64,000 nt of DNA from an uncultured Bacillota bacterium (GTDB lineage Bacteria > Sysuimicrobiota > Sysuimicrobiia > Sysuimicrobiales > Segetimicrobiaceae). The translations under genes were made by a program, and so were the position numbers. The notes under the pieces are model-generated. The model was given only the letters and a program-made list of their open reading frames with translations, did no database searches and was not told where the DNA came from. Positions 39,319-49,254 of this stretch are shown piece after piece. The DNA is taken from NCBI GenBank assembly GCA_963804645.1, contig CAWDRG010000015.1:416001-480000 (forward strand). Direction: 5' to 3'. Position 1 is the first letter of the stretch; every line of letters starts with the position of its first letter.

Positions 39319-40098
39319 TTAGCCTACGTCCCTTTTGGCCTTATTCACGATGAAACTGTTTCGCCACGGCCCTTCCTTCTGGTAGTGGGTGGCAATCCAT
39401 TCAGGATGGGATGCGAGCCATTCGCTCCACGCCCGCTGCTCTCCCATATTTGGGTTCCCGCGAAACGTGTACCAATCATCAAAGATGATAACGGTTCCAT
39501 CTACTAGGAGCGGCGTGACGAAGGCCAACGCCAGCTTGGCCGATTCGTACAGATCCGAATCGATATGGACGATCGCGGCGTTTCGCAGATTGTGTTTTTG
39601 GATGGTGGCCTCGGTCAGGGTGTCAGCAAACCACCCAGGCACGATGATGGCACGATCTCGCGGCACGCCCGCGCGCGTGATGTTCTCTTCGAATCCGCGC
39701 TGGGAGATCGTGAATTTCCCCTCAACGAAATCCCTCGACTGGGCATCGATCCCTGCGGAGGCGGGGAGACCCTGGAACGAATCAAACCCCACGAATCGGA
39801 TCTGCTTCCAGAGTTCGCGCCGTTCCACAACATCCCGCGCCGTGTTCCAAGCGTCCAGGGTCGATGCATCTTGGAAGGCTCTCTGCATCGCATGAAATGC
39901 GGAGGCGAACGAGGCGCCGGTGTACACGCCGAACTCGAGGTAGTCCCCCACCACCTTCTCGGCCGCAATGAGCCGTGCGGCCTTGTAGATGATGGTATCT
40001 TGGGACGGCACCGAAGGGGTAGGAAGAATGACGAACTTCCCCATCGTAGCCCTCAGAGGGTACAGCGCCTTGAGAATGATCGATTTGACTCGTCTCAT
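39319..40098 (-). CDS. TylF/MycF/NovP-family O-methyltransferase
   Basis: GDYLEFGVYTGAS, FDSFQGLP, GWFADTL, HIDSDLYES, IIFDDW, GEQRA. Confidence 0.92.
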   Translation of the reverse strand: MRRVKSIILKALYPLRATMGKFVILPTPSVPSQDTIIYKAARLIAAEKVVGDYLEFGVYTGASFASAFHAMQRAFQDASTLDAWNTARDVVERRELWKQIRFVGFDSFQGLPASAGIDAQSRDFVEGKFTISQRGFEENITRAGVPRDRAIIVPGWFADTLTEATIQKHNLRNAAIVHIDSDLYESAKLALAFVTPLLVDGTVIIFDDWYTFRGNPNMGEQRAWSEWLASHPEWIATHYQKEGPWRNSFIVNKAKRDVG

Positions 40099-40600
40099 CC
40101 GCGGACGGGCCCCCTTAGTTCCACGGCGGGTATCTCGAATTGGGCGTTCCGGCAGCTTCCGTGCGTATCATTTTGCGCTCAGGCAGAAACCCCCTTGTAC
40201 CACCGTGGATGCCCGTCGAACCCATCCGCCGAGTCCGGCATCGGGGCGTCGCTCATGCCGTCCATATCGCACGTGCCCGGTCCCAGTGGTCTTGGCTCGA
40301 TCCTCGCGTCAGCCCCTTTCAGTCTGGCGGTTCGCCAGGCTGTTGTTCGTCGCCTTATTCATATCCCCCAGGGAACCGGGCAAGGATCGGTGCGGGCAGG
40401 GCGTTGTCCAGACCCACGAGCAGCGTGTTCCCGCCGTCCAGCGTTGGCACGGGTGGTGGGCGTTCTCACATCGGCCCTCCCAAAGTCTCACCATTTCGGG
40501 GTCAGACGCCTTGAACGTTCGGCTCCCGCGGAGTACCATCGTGACAGGCCGCAGGCGTGTACCCGCGCGAGAACTGCCTGCCCGGGAAGGGAGCACACGC

Positions 40601-40969
40601 ATGGCAACGACTGCCGTCAAGGTTCAGGCCGTCGCCGCGAAGGGTGCGGCAGCCGCAGGCAATAACAACAACGCCCATATTCTGGTGGTGGTCACGGAGC
40701 CGGCCACCGGGGCCGGAGTGGTGACCCTGGCGCAGGCAGATTTCGCCGTGATCGATCACTTTTCACTGCCCGGCCAAGCCTGCGGCTTCAGCAACAACAT
40801 CACCGGCTTCAACAATGTTGGAACGGGCGCCTACCAGATCCTGGTGGCCACGCACTCGACCACGCCACCGCCGGGTGGGTGCAAATGGGTCGGCGGAAAC
40901 TATCTCGGGCAAGTCATCGTGAAGACGGCGGCGGTGACGGGGCAAGCGGTGTTCGTGTTGTCGATCTAG
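40601..40969 (+). CDS. Hypothetical 122-aa beta-rich protein
   Basis: GGGAG RBS, GC-rich third positions, two Cys, followed by a strong hairpin. Confidence 0.7.
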   Translation: MATTAVKVQAVAAKGAAAAGNNNNAHILVVVTEPATGAGVVTLAQADFAVIDHFSLPGQACGFSNNITGFNNVGTGAYQILVATHSTTPPPGGCKWVGGNYLGQVIVKTAAVTGQAVFVLSI

Positions 40970-41010
40970 TCCCAGCGCACCGAACCGGCGCGGACTGCCG
41001 GGTGAACGAC

Positions 41011-41053
41011 CGTACAAGATGCGGCGGCGGATGCCGGCGCATCTTGTACGTTT
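41011..41053 (+). terminator. Putative intrinsic terminator
   Basis: 13-bp perfect inverted repeat CGTACAAGATGCG/CGCATCTTGTACG followed by TTT. Confidence 0.65.
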
Positions 41054-41132
41054 GGGGCCGACGCGGATGGGCGGCCGTATCGCGTGTCCAGAGGGCACGC
41101 GCGATGGAAGGAGGTGGTGTCGGGAGGATTGA

Positions 41133-43152
41133 GCGCGTAGCCCGTAAGCTCGTCACCGCCAGCGGGTGAAAGTCCCGTCCAGGTAATCGCCAGGGAGCCT
41201 GGTAGCAGGCTCCCTGGCGGCGTCAGGGGGAAACGCTTGACGCCGAAGCCCAGCGTCGGAAGCCTCACGGAGGTAGCAACCGAGCGGTCCGCAGCATGAC
41301 GTGAAGTCTGCCGCGGCGTTAGACCAGCCCGAAAGGGACCAAGGGGGAGCCGAGCCCGGAATACCAGGGCGAAGGCCACGGAAGGCGTGGAGAGCCTGGA
41401 AATGCAGCGCCGAAGAACCCCCCGCCGTAAGGGGCGCGGAACGTTCGGACGGTGGTGACGGGAACTGGAGAGGCCCTCCCCGGCCCCGGGTCTGCGATCC
41501 GGGAGCAGCCAGTGCGTATAACCGCCAAACGGGAAGTCGCACTGAGCCGGGAGGGCGTCGGATGGGGCCATATTAGCGACGACCGGCGGGACAACATAAC
41601 CCGCCCGAGCGAAGGGCCCCTGCTTCGTCCACGTTTGTGGGAGAGGGAGGAACTGGTGCATGGCCGTGAGGCCCAACAACACCCTCGATAAAGTTCGAGC
41701 CCTTCAACACAAACTGTACCGGACGGCCAAGCAGTCGCCGAATCGACGTTTCCACGCGCTGTATGACCGGGTCCATCGCAGGGACGTTCTCCGGCGCGCG
41801 TGGTTGGAGGTGCGCGCCAACCAGGGAGCACCGGGAATCGACGCCATCACCATCGCGGATATTGAGGCGGCCGGCGTAGAGGTGTTCCTTGACGACCTAG
41901 AGGCCAGCCTGCGCGACGGGACGTACCGTCCGCAGCCGCTGCGGCGCGTCTGGATTCCCAAACCGGGCAAGCCGGACAAGCTGCGTCCGCTTGGGATCGC
42001 GAACGTGCGGGACCGGGTGGTCCAGCAAGCGCTGAAGATCGTCATCGAACCGATCTTCGAGGCGGACTTTCTGCCCTGCTCGTACGGGTTTCGGCCCCGG
42101 CGAGACGCCCATCAAGCATTGCAAGCAATGCGGGAGGCAATTCGGGCAGGAAGGACATGGGTGGTGGATGCCGACATCGAGAGTTGCTTCGATCGACTTG
42201 CGCATGGCCGCATCCTGGAGTGTCTCCGGGAGCGGATCAGCGACCGGAAGGTCGTGGAGCTCATTCGGTGCATCCTGTCCGCCGGGATACTCGACAGCGG
42301 TACGCTGACGACCCCGACGGAGGGCTCTCCACAAGGTGGGCCGCTCTCGCCAGTCCTGGCTAACGTGGTCCTGCATCATTTGGACCGAGCCTGGATGACG
42401 GAGCACCAGCCGTTGGGAGTGCTCGTTCGCTACTGTGACGATCTTTGCATCTGCTGCTCAACTCGGGAGAAGGCTGAAGCCGCGAAGGCGGTTTTGGCAA
42501 CAACCCTGGAAGAGCTGGGGCTGACATTGTCCGGCCCCAAGACGCAGATCGTTGGAGTCGCAAGCGGGAGCGCGGGATATGACTTTCTGGGTTTCCATCA
42601 TCAGATGGTGCCCTCGCGGCGTAGACCGAGCTTTCGCTATCCGGCGTGCTGGCCGAGTGCCAAAGCCGTGCTCCGGTGCCGTTCTCGGATTCGGGAACTC
42701 ACCGGGCGCAATCGTCGCCACGTCCCCACGCACACGGTTGTGGGCGACCTCAATCGTTTTCTCGGGGGATGGCGCGAGTACTATCGGTATGGCAACTCGA
42801 CTCGTTGCTTCGCCAAGTTGGACCGGTATACGGTCGAACGAATGGCGTTGCTGCTCTCCAAACGACATGGACGGAACGGGCGGGGACGCGGCATGAAGTA
42901 CATCATCATGTCCGGCAACCGCCTCAGTTTGCTCCGGTTGGTCGGAAGCGTTCGATTCGAGCGGGGCGAAAACCGTCGGTGAAGGACGTCGGTGAGCCGA
43001 GTGACCGGAAAGGTCATGCTCGGATCGATGAGGAGGGGTTGGAAACGTGTGTCGCCCGGGACGAGGGCTGGAGGCTGCAAGCCACCGATGGAGGTGGACA
43101 GGCTGTACCCCTAATCGGCAGGGCGGCGCGGCGCGCCAACTCCTTACTCTAC
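41133..43152 (+). mobile_element. Group II intron (ribozyme plus intron-encoded RT)
   Basis: 5' structured RNA with GGGTGAAAGTCCC; domain V GAGCCGAGTGACCGGAAAGGTCATGCTCGGATC (42994-43026, AGC triad); 3' end CCTTACTCTAC; 5' boundary tentative. Confidence 0.9.
41660..42982 (+). CDS. ltrA: Group II intron reverse transcriptase/maturase, no endonuclease domain
   Basis: RFHALYD, GAPGID, RPLGI...DRVVQ, SYGFRP, GSPQGGPLSP, RYCDD, FLGF, X-domain GWREYY. Confidence 0.95.
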   Translation: MAVRPNNTLDKVRALQHKLYRTAKQSPNRRFHALYDRVHRRDVLRRAWLEVRANQGAPGIDAITIADIEAAGVEVFLDDLEASLRDGTYRPQPLRRVWIPKPGKPDKLRPLGIANVRDRVVQQALKIVIEPIFEADFLPCSYGFRPRRDAHQALQAMREAIRAGRTWVVDADIESCFDRLAHGRILECLRERISDRKVVELIRCILSAGILDSGTLTTPTEGSPQGGPLSPVLANVVLHHLDRAWMTEHQPLGVLVRYCDDLCICCSTREKAEAAKAVLATTLEELGLTLSGPKTQIVGVASGSAGYDFLGFHHQMVPSRRRPSFRYPACWPSAKAVLRCRSRIRELTGRNRRHVPTHTVVGDLNRFLGGWREYYRYGNSTRCFAKLDRYTVERMALLLSKRHGRNGRGRGMKYIIMSGNRLSLLRLVGSVRFERGENRR

Positions 43153-43379
43153 TCCGGCGCGGGGCCTTATCACGCTGATCGATCACACGGAAATATTCCC
43201 CGGGAAGGTGTCACCAGCGCGGCCCGCGGTGCGACTGCGGGCCGGACGCGCTAGGCGTGGCGCCTTCGGTGGCCCCACGGCCGCGGAGGCGTAGCGATCG
43301 AGGCGTAGCGATCATTGATGTGTGCTACCTGGGCAAGATCATGGGGGAAGTGTCGAGCCCGAAAGCCACGACCGGTTTC

Positions 43380-43671
43380 ACCTCCTCGGGCTACACTTCA
43401 CGCGCGAGCAGGCGAAGTTTGTCGCGCTGAACGGCATCCGTGGCGGGCTTGTCATCATGGCCGGATCCGGGATGGGCACGGGGGGACGAGTCCGCCATCA
43501 CCTCGAGCACAACCTGGGGCGCGAGGAGTCAAGCGTGGTGTTCGTCGGGTACGCGGCCGAGGGGACCCTCGCGCGACAGATCATCCACGGCGCTGCCAAG
43601 GTGCATCTCTTCGGGGAGGAGATCCCGGTGCGCGCGCGTGTATACGATCAACGGGTTCTCCGCGCACGCCG
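43380..43671 (+). pseudogene. Second beta-CASP metallo-hydrolase gene remnant, interrupted by IS21 (continues 49270-49340)
   Basis: IMAGSGMGTGGRVRHHL, VFVGYAAEGTLAR, INGFSAHA; removing the IS restores FSAHADRDELL. Confidence 0.88.
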
Positions 43672-43777
43672 TGCGTATTCCGATGAATTCGTCCAGCAAT
43701 TCCGGGGTTATTCGTCCACCGATTCCAATTTGAAATCGTCCACCCGTTCCAACGGATTCCGACCAAGCCTCGGAGCG

Positions 43778-44257
43778 TCAGCGACGGCGCGGCTTCTCCT
43801 CCCCGGGTTGATTTGACGGTCCCTTGCCCATTACCTTGCGCATCGACTCTCCTTTCTTAAGACTGAGCTTGTGCGCATGGTGCACCAGCCGATCGAGAAT
43901 CGCGTCCGCCACTGTGGGATGGGCGATCGCCGAGTGCAGGTTCTCGAGGGGCAACTGAGACGCGATGAGGGTCGCGCGCGCCTGCACCCGATCCTCGATC
44001 ACCTCCAAGAGTTCGCGGGCGTCCGGCGCCGCGAGGGGCGCCAAGCCCCAATCATCGAGGATGAGCAGGTGCGCCTTCGCGAGTCGGGTCAGCAGCCGCG
44101 GGTACGACCCATCCGCATGCGCGAGGTTGAGATCGGAGAGCAGCCGCGGCACGCGATAGTAGCGGGTGCTGAAGCCCTGGCGACACGCCGCATTGCCCAA
44201 GGCGCACGCGAGCCACGACGCGGGTCACGCTCGTCTTGGTGCTGTCGGATACCACTG
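43778..44257 (-). pseudogene. istB: IS21 helper ATPase, 3' part
   Basis: [38 protein letters not shown]; Walker A region degraded and 5' part missing. Confidence 0.92.
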
Positions 44258-45870
44258 TCTTTGAAAGTCAAACGGAAATTGCCTGACACAGGGATCGCCA
44301 ACTGTATTTCGAGGCGTTCCTCGGTGACAATCACGCGTTCGACGAGAAGGCGCAGGATGGTCTGTTTGGTATCAAAGTCCGCTTCCAGCAGGTGAGGCCG
44401 CAGCTGTTCGACGAGGGCGGCGGCACCATCGGCCCGGGTGCGAGTCACTTCCGCCTCCAGGCGCGCCGTTTTCAGTTCCGCCAGTGCAAGCTCGGCTGAG
44501 CGGAGCGACTCCTCGACGACTTCAGTCCGTGTGCGAAAGACTGCAAGAGAGAGGGCACCGAGCTGATACGCATCGGTGAGGCGATCGCGCTGCCGGCACA
44601 GCTCCTTGACCCGTTGCTCAGCGTGCTGAAACTGCGGATCCCGTTCCGGCCGCGTCGTGGTCGTTCGCTCCACCCAGGCCGCGAGCTGCTGGTGTAGCTC
44701 GTCCGAGTTGAGCAGCAGATCGCGGACGGTGGTCCAGACGGCCTCGTTCACCCCCGCGACATGAAGGCGCCAGTTTTTACAGCGGTGACGTAACCCACTG
44801 TTGATCGTCGTAATGCGTGCACAGCAGGTGTAATAGTGGTAGAGGTATTGACTGCCGTCGCGGCGGCGTCGGGGTTCATGGTGAGTTTCGCCGACGTACG
44901 CGTGACCGCAGACGCCACATTTGAGGAGGCCTTTGAGAAGAAAGACGCCCTCCTGCTTCAGCCGCCGGCGCGCGAACCGCCGATTCTCCTGGATGCGCTG
45001 TTGCACACGCGCAAAGAGTGGTTCGTCGATGATAGGCGGGACAGCCACCGCGATCCATTCCGCGGGAGGCCGCGGGATCAAGGTCATCTTTGCGATCTTC
45101 CGCCCTGAGCCATCGGGCCCGGATCGCTCGTTGCTGCGGCTCCGGGTGCGATTGTAGTAGGCCTTGCCGATGTACCACTCGCATCGCAGCATGCGCAACA
45201 CGGTCGTCCCTGTCCACGTGGGCTTGCCGCACTGAGGCCGCCACGGGGAGACGTTGAGACGTTGCAGCAGTTTGTACAGCGTCATCCCGTCTTCGGCGTA
45301 CCACGCGAAGATCTGACGGACCGTCGTCGCTTCTTCTTCATGGATGCGGATACGCCCGTCCCCGCCATAGCGCTTTGGCGCATAGCGGTAGCCATACGGA
45401 GGATGACTGTGGCCAAGCTCTCCCAGCCGGGCGCGATAGAGACGCCCGCGGCGACATCGCTCGAGAATCTTGGCCCGTTCGTATTCGGCGATCGCGCCTT
45501 GGATCTGCAACAACAGTTGATCATCTGGCGAATCGGTGATGGGGCGCTCGCAAAAGTGGACCGGCACGCCGACACGCGCGAGCTCCTCGATCAACAGCAC
45601 TTGGTACGCATACTTGCGCGCGAGCCGATCCGGACAGAGCACCACGAGGGCCTGAAACCGTCCTTCGCGTGCGTGATCGCGTAACTCGTCCAGCGCTGGC
45701 CGATCGAGACGGCTGCCGCTGAAGCCTTCGTCGATATAGGTGAGCGCCGCCATCGTGTGGTATCCGTGATCCTCTGCGTAGTGTCTAATGGCAGCCAACT
45801 GGCTCTGGATGGTCTGCTCCTGTTCTTGCAGTTCCGTCGACACCCGTGCATACAACGCGGTCATGGTCAT
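44089..45870 (-). CDS. Large serine recombinase (resolvase, recombinase, Zn-ribbon, coiled coil)
   Basis: ALYARVST catalytic Ser, DEGFSG...[29 protein letters not shown]; last ~55 codons derive from flanking istB DNA. Confidence 0.95.
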   Translation of the reverse strand: MTMTALYARVSTELQEQEQTIQSQLAAIRHYAEDHGYHTMAALTYIDEGFSGSRLDRPALDELRDHAREGRFQALVVLCPDRLARKYAYQVLLIEELARVGVPVHFCERPITDSPDDQLLLQIQGAIAEYERAKILERCRRGRLYRARLGELGHSHPPYGYRYAPKRYGGDGRIRIHEEEATTVRQIFAWYAEDGMTLYKLLQRLNVSPWRPQCGKPTWTGTTVLRMLRCEWYIGKAYYNRTRSRSNERSGPDGSGRKIAKMTLIPRPPAEWIAVAVPPIIDEPLFARVQQRIQENRRFARRRLKQEGVFLLKGLLKCGVCGHAYVGETHHEPRRRRDGSQYLYHYYTCCARITTINSGLRHRCKNWRLHVAGVNEAVWTTVRDLLLNSDELHQQLAAWVERTTTTRPERDPQFQHAEQRVKELCRQRDRLTDAYQLGALSLAVFRTRTEVVEESLRSAELALAELKTARLEAEVTRTRADGAAALVEQLRPHLLEADFDTKQTILRLLVERVIVTEERLEIQLAIPVSGNFRLTFKDSGIRQHQDERDPRRGSRAPWAMRRVARASAPATIACRGCSPISTSRMRMGRTRGC

Positions 45871-46236
45871 GGCGGCCTCCTCGGCGCGAGGCGATCAGGT
45901 TCACCAGCACCTCATGCAAACGCGCGGCGCGGACGTGCGCATCTGCGGTGCCAACGGGAACGACTTCCACATGATACGGCTCCGCTGCGGTGACGCCCCA
46001 GGCGTGGCCTGCAGGATCGCGGTCGAGAAGGCCAAGCATGCCGAAACGCTCCACGCGCGTCAGAAGAAACCGCGCCACGCTGGTCTGGGGACGCTCGTGG
46101 CTCGGCAATAACATGTAACTCCGGACGGTCTCGTAGCGCTGTTGGGCAAGACCACCGAGCGCCGCGAATGGGACCGTGAGTGGCTCGGGAGGCAACTCGG
46201 GAGTCGGCGCGAGGGGCGCGGCGCTTCCATCAGCGG
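45785..46236 (-). CDS. Small hypothetical protein of the recombinase element
   Basis: Open frame between the HTH gene and the recombinase (AQQRYETVRSYML...RFGMLGL); no clear start codon, start uncertain. Confidence 0.55.
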
Positions 46237-46688
46237 TTTTTTTTGACGCGCGCGGCAAGCAGGCGCTCGATCGTTCGGCGATGCACATCGATGCCTTGCT
46301 CGGCTGCCAGGCGCTGCGCGATTTCCTGCCCACTCAATTCGGGATGCGCCCGCAGCAGTGTCTCGACCCATCGCACGGCGTCGGGCGTCAGCTTGAGCGG
46401 CCCGCGGCGCCCGCGCTTTTCATCGGTAAGGCCGACAACGCCGAACGCCTGGAAGTCGCGCAACGTCACATAAAACGTTTCCCGCGAAAAGCCAAACTCA
46501 CGTGCGACCATGGTTACATGCTGGCCGTCGAGCGCGTGGGCGCGCAACATCTCATATTTAACCTGCACCTTGTCCAAAGGGTCGAAGAAACGATGCCGTA
46601 CGAACAGCGACGCCCGCACGTGCTCGGGATGCAGATGCAGGGCGCCGATGGACTCGAGGAACGCGCGTTTCGGATGCCGGCTCGGCAT
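46230..46688 (-). CDS. Helix-turn-helix DNA-binding protein of the recombinase element
   Basis: FFDPLDKVQVKYEMLR, AREFGFSRETFY, KRGRRGPLKL, VHRRTIERLL; RBS GGAGG. Confidence 0.85.
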   Translation of the reverse strand: MPSRHPKRAFLESIGALHLHPEHVRASLFVRHRFFDPLDKVQVKYEMLRAHALDGQHVTMVAREFGFSRETFYVTLRDFQAFGVVGLTDEKRGRRGPLKLTPDAVRWVETLLRAHPELSGQEIAQRLAAEQGIDVHRRTIERLLAARVKKNR

Positions 46689-47050
46689 GCACCACCTCCG
46701 TTGGCGCCAGCATAGGCTCCCTGGAGCGTTATGTCAAGTATTGTATGACGCACACATCTCCCTCGCCCGGGGCCTCGAAAGATAACCGCGTTTCTTTATG
46801 CATCACTACGGTGGAATCCGAGCGACCGCGCGTTCCACTGTCAAGTGGTCGAATCTGATCGCCATAGATTACCGGACACTTTTCGCGCCCGATTGCCTTT
46901 GAGCCTGCCTGCCGCTATCTCCTTCTGTGTGCGGCGTTGCCGGCGCAGGACCCACCAGCCCGTATAGTCGTCCGTGACTACCGAAAAGCGGATCCGGTGA
47001 TTTGAGATTCTAAGACAAGCACCTCGCTGACGCCGCCGAAATAGTCAAGG

Positions 47051-48458
47051 AGTCAATACCAAAGTTCGTTGAGAAATAGGGGAGCGACCACCCGGCATGG
47101 TCACGCCGCCGGCACCTCCTTCCCCAACGCACGTTGTAGCGCTTCGCGAAGTTTAGGCAGCGCCCGGTAGCCGCGCACCCGGCGCAGCCGCGGTTCGATG
47201 TCCAGCAACGCGCTCGCCAGCCACCGCTGTTTCTGATCACTCGTGCGCCACCGATCGACTTTGCCGGTCCGCGCTTCCACCTGCGCCATCACCGACTCCA
47301 GCGCGTTCGTGGTCTTGAAGCTGCGGCCCAGCTCGCCGACGACGCCAAGCCGGTGCAGCGTCAGGGTTTCGTCCAGGCCCTCGGCCAGACTCCGCGCCGC
47401 GCTCTCATTCAGCACCCGGAGCTCACGCGCCAGTCGGTCCAGCGCGGCCTTCGCCTCCGCGTGCGTCGGCTGCTCGTACGCCCGCTGGAGCTTCTGCCGC
47501 CACGTCGCCTGCTGCCCCTTGGGCAGATGCGCGACCACATTCTCGCGCTTGTGCCAGGTGCACCGTTGCACCGCGGCCGCGTCCCCGAAGACCTCCTGGA
47601 CCCCGCGGCGCAGGCCCTTGCTCCCATCGATGACGACCAGCAGGCCTTGCTCGTACCGCAGCCCCCGCGCCACCAGATCGCGCAGCAACTCGGCGCAGAC
47701 CCGGGCGTTCTCGGTGGCGGTTTGCACAAACCCCAGGAGGACCTTGTGGCCTTGGACCGTCACGCCGAGCACGATCACCATCTCGTCCTCGGCGAACGTC
47801 TTGCCATCCAGCAGCACCGCCACCAGATCGTAGCTCTCCAGGCGGCGTTCATTGAGCGCCCGCAGCTGCCGCGCGCTGGCCCGAATGTAGCGCCGGGAGA
47901 CCGTCGACGGCGCCAGCCCAAAGGCCTCGGGCACCGCCTCGGCACACTCCGCATACCGCCGGCAACTCAGGCCCAACAGCACCCGCCGCATCAATCCCTC
48001 ATCCAAGGCCCGGGGTTGCTGGAAGCGCTGGTACGTCTCGAGCGGGACCTCGACGTCGCGGAGCTGATCACGCACACGCTGATAAACAATCGGGAGTTTT
48101 TGATCGCCCAGGTACACCGAGCCACGCTCCTTGCTCCAGCGGACGTGGCCGGGCCGGCCACCCTCACGCGCGTAGCGCGCCCCGGCGAGGCTCCTCGACC
48201 TCCCGCTGTAACACGTCCCGCACGGCCTCCAAGCCCGAGGGGAATGAGCGCCTGGATCACGGCCACCCGCGTGCCCAGATCCTCAGCCAACTCCCCCGCC
48301 TGCCGCCGGCCGACAAACTGCACCTGGCCCTTTGCGCCCACACGTAGTACCTTAGACATGGAGCGTCCTCCTCAGCACGGTTTGTGGACTTGTCCGCAAA
48401 CAATCCATTCACCATGCCGGGGGTCGCTCCCTATTTCTCAACGGACTTAACACACACC
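47051..48458 (-). mobile_element. IS256-family insertion sequence inside istA
   Basis: About 50-bp imperfect IRs (AAGTTCGTTGAGAAATAGGGGAGCGACC vs AAGTCCGTTGAGAAATAGGGAGCGACC); flanking AGTCAAGG (47043-47050) and AGTCAAAGG (48459-48467); removal restores istA RAFDYFGGV. Confidence 0.92.
47101..48359 (-). CDS. IS256-family (Mutator-like) transposase, frameshifted near 48180-48230
   Basis: LLDGK, VIDGSKGL, QRCTWHKREN, TTNALES motifs. Confidence 0.9.
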
Positions 48459-49059
48459 AGTCAAAGGCACGCGTGTGGGCGCCGATCCAGATCGGCTGCG
48501 TCTGGGCGAGGGCGCCCTCAAGGTAGGTGAAGTTGCTCATGCCCAGCGTGGCGACGAAGATGGACACGTCCCGGACCTGCCCCGTCGCCGGGTCCACGAT
48601 CGCCAGCGTGAGGCCCGCCCAGTCGACGAACATCTTCTCGCCCGCGCGGTGCGGCTGTCGGAGGACCACATCGAGCTTGCCTTCCCACCGGCGATCCCGC
48701 TCGCAGAACCGGCTGTACTGGTACCCGTCGGGATAATCGCGGCGGTACTCCTGCCACAAGAGCCGCAGGGTCACCCCTTTGCGGCGCAGTTCCCGATAGA
48801 TCGCCTCCCACGCTGGCTCCCCCCGGCCCGCGGTCTGCCCCGCCGTCGGTGGGTAAAGCTTGCCTTCCAGCGTGGCATCGTCGAGCTCGGCAGGCAGGGG
48901 CCATGCCAGGCCCAATGCCGCGGCTCGATGGAGCACGCCCATGACGGTGCTGTGCGCCAGGCCCAGGCTCTGGGTGATCTGCCGGCCCGCCAACTGATGC
49001 TCAGTGTGCAGCCGAAGAATATCGCGAACGTTGCGCATCGGTAGTCTCCTGCGTGCCAC
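48459..49059 (-). pseudogene. istA: IS21 transposase, 5' part (short continuation at about 47000-47050)
   Basis: RLPMRNVRDILRL, GVTLRLLWQEY, GYQYSRFC, HRAGEKMFVDWAG, FVATLGMSNFTY. Confidence 0.93.
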
Positions 49060-49167
49060 GGTGCTCGCACCCCGCTCCCGGTGAGTCATGCTCACCGGGG
49101 TTGCGGTGGAGTAACACGAACACCTGTACGCCTCGACTGCCGACGCTCACGATGGCCGAAATGCCCC

Positions 49168-49254
49168 GGAATCGCTGGACGATTTAGCCCGGATTCAGTG
49201 GACGATTTGCCCCGGAATCACTGGACGATTTGGATTGGAATCGCTGGACGATTT
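49168..49254. repeat. IS21 subterminal repeats, four 18-mers at 23-bp spacing (three inverted copies at 43686-43750)
   Basis: GGAATCGCTGGACGATTT-like units at 49168, 49191, 49214 and 49237. Confidence 0.9.

Noticed and set aside
41011..41053. Terminator hairpin as a class IIC intron target site
   Set aside because: It lies about 80 nt from the likely 5' splice site, and domain V has an AGC triad rather than the CGC typical of IIC
41660..42982. RT as a retron, DGR or defence RT
   Set aside because: It has group II intron RT0 and X domains and is flanked by domain I-like RNA and domains V/VI; no TR/VR pair or msr-msd seen
49168..49254. Regularly spaced 18-bp repeats resembling a mini CRISPR array or iterons
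   Set aside because: Spacers are only 5 bp, inverted copies occur at 43686-43750, there are no cas genes, and both arrays lie just inside IS21 termini, where such repeats are expected
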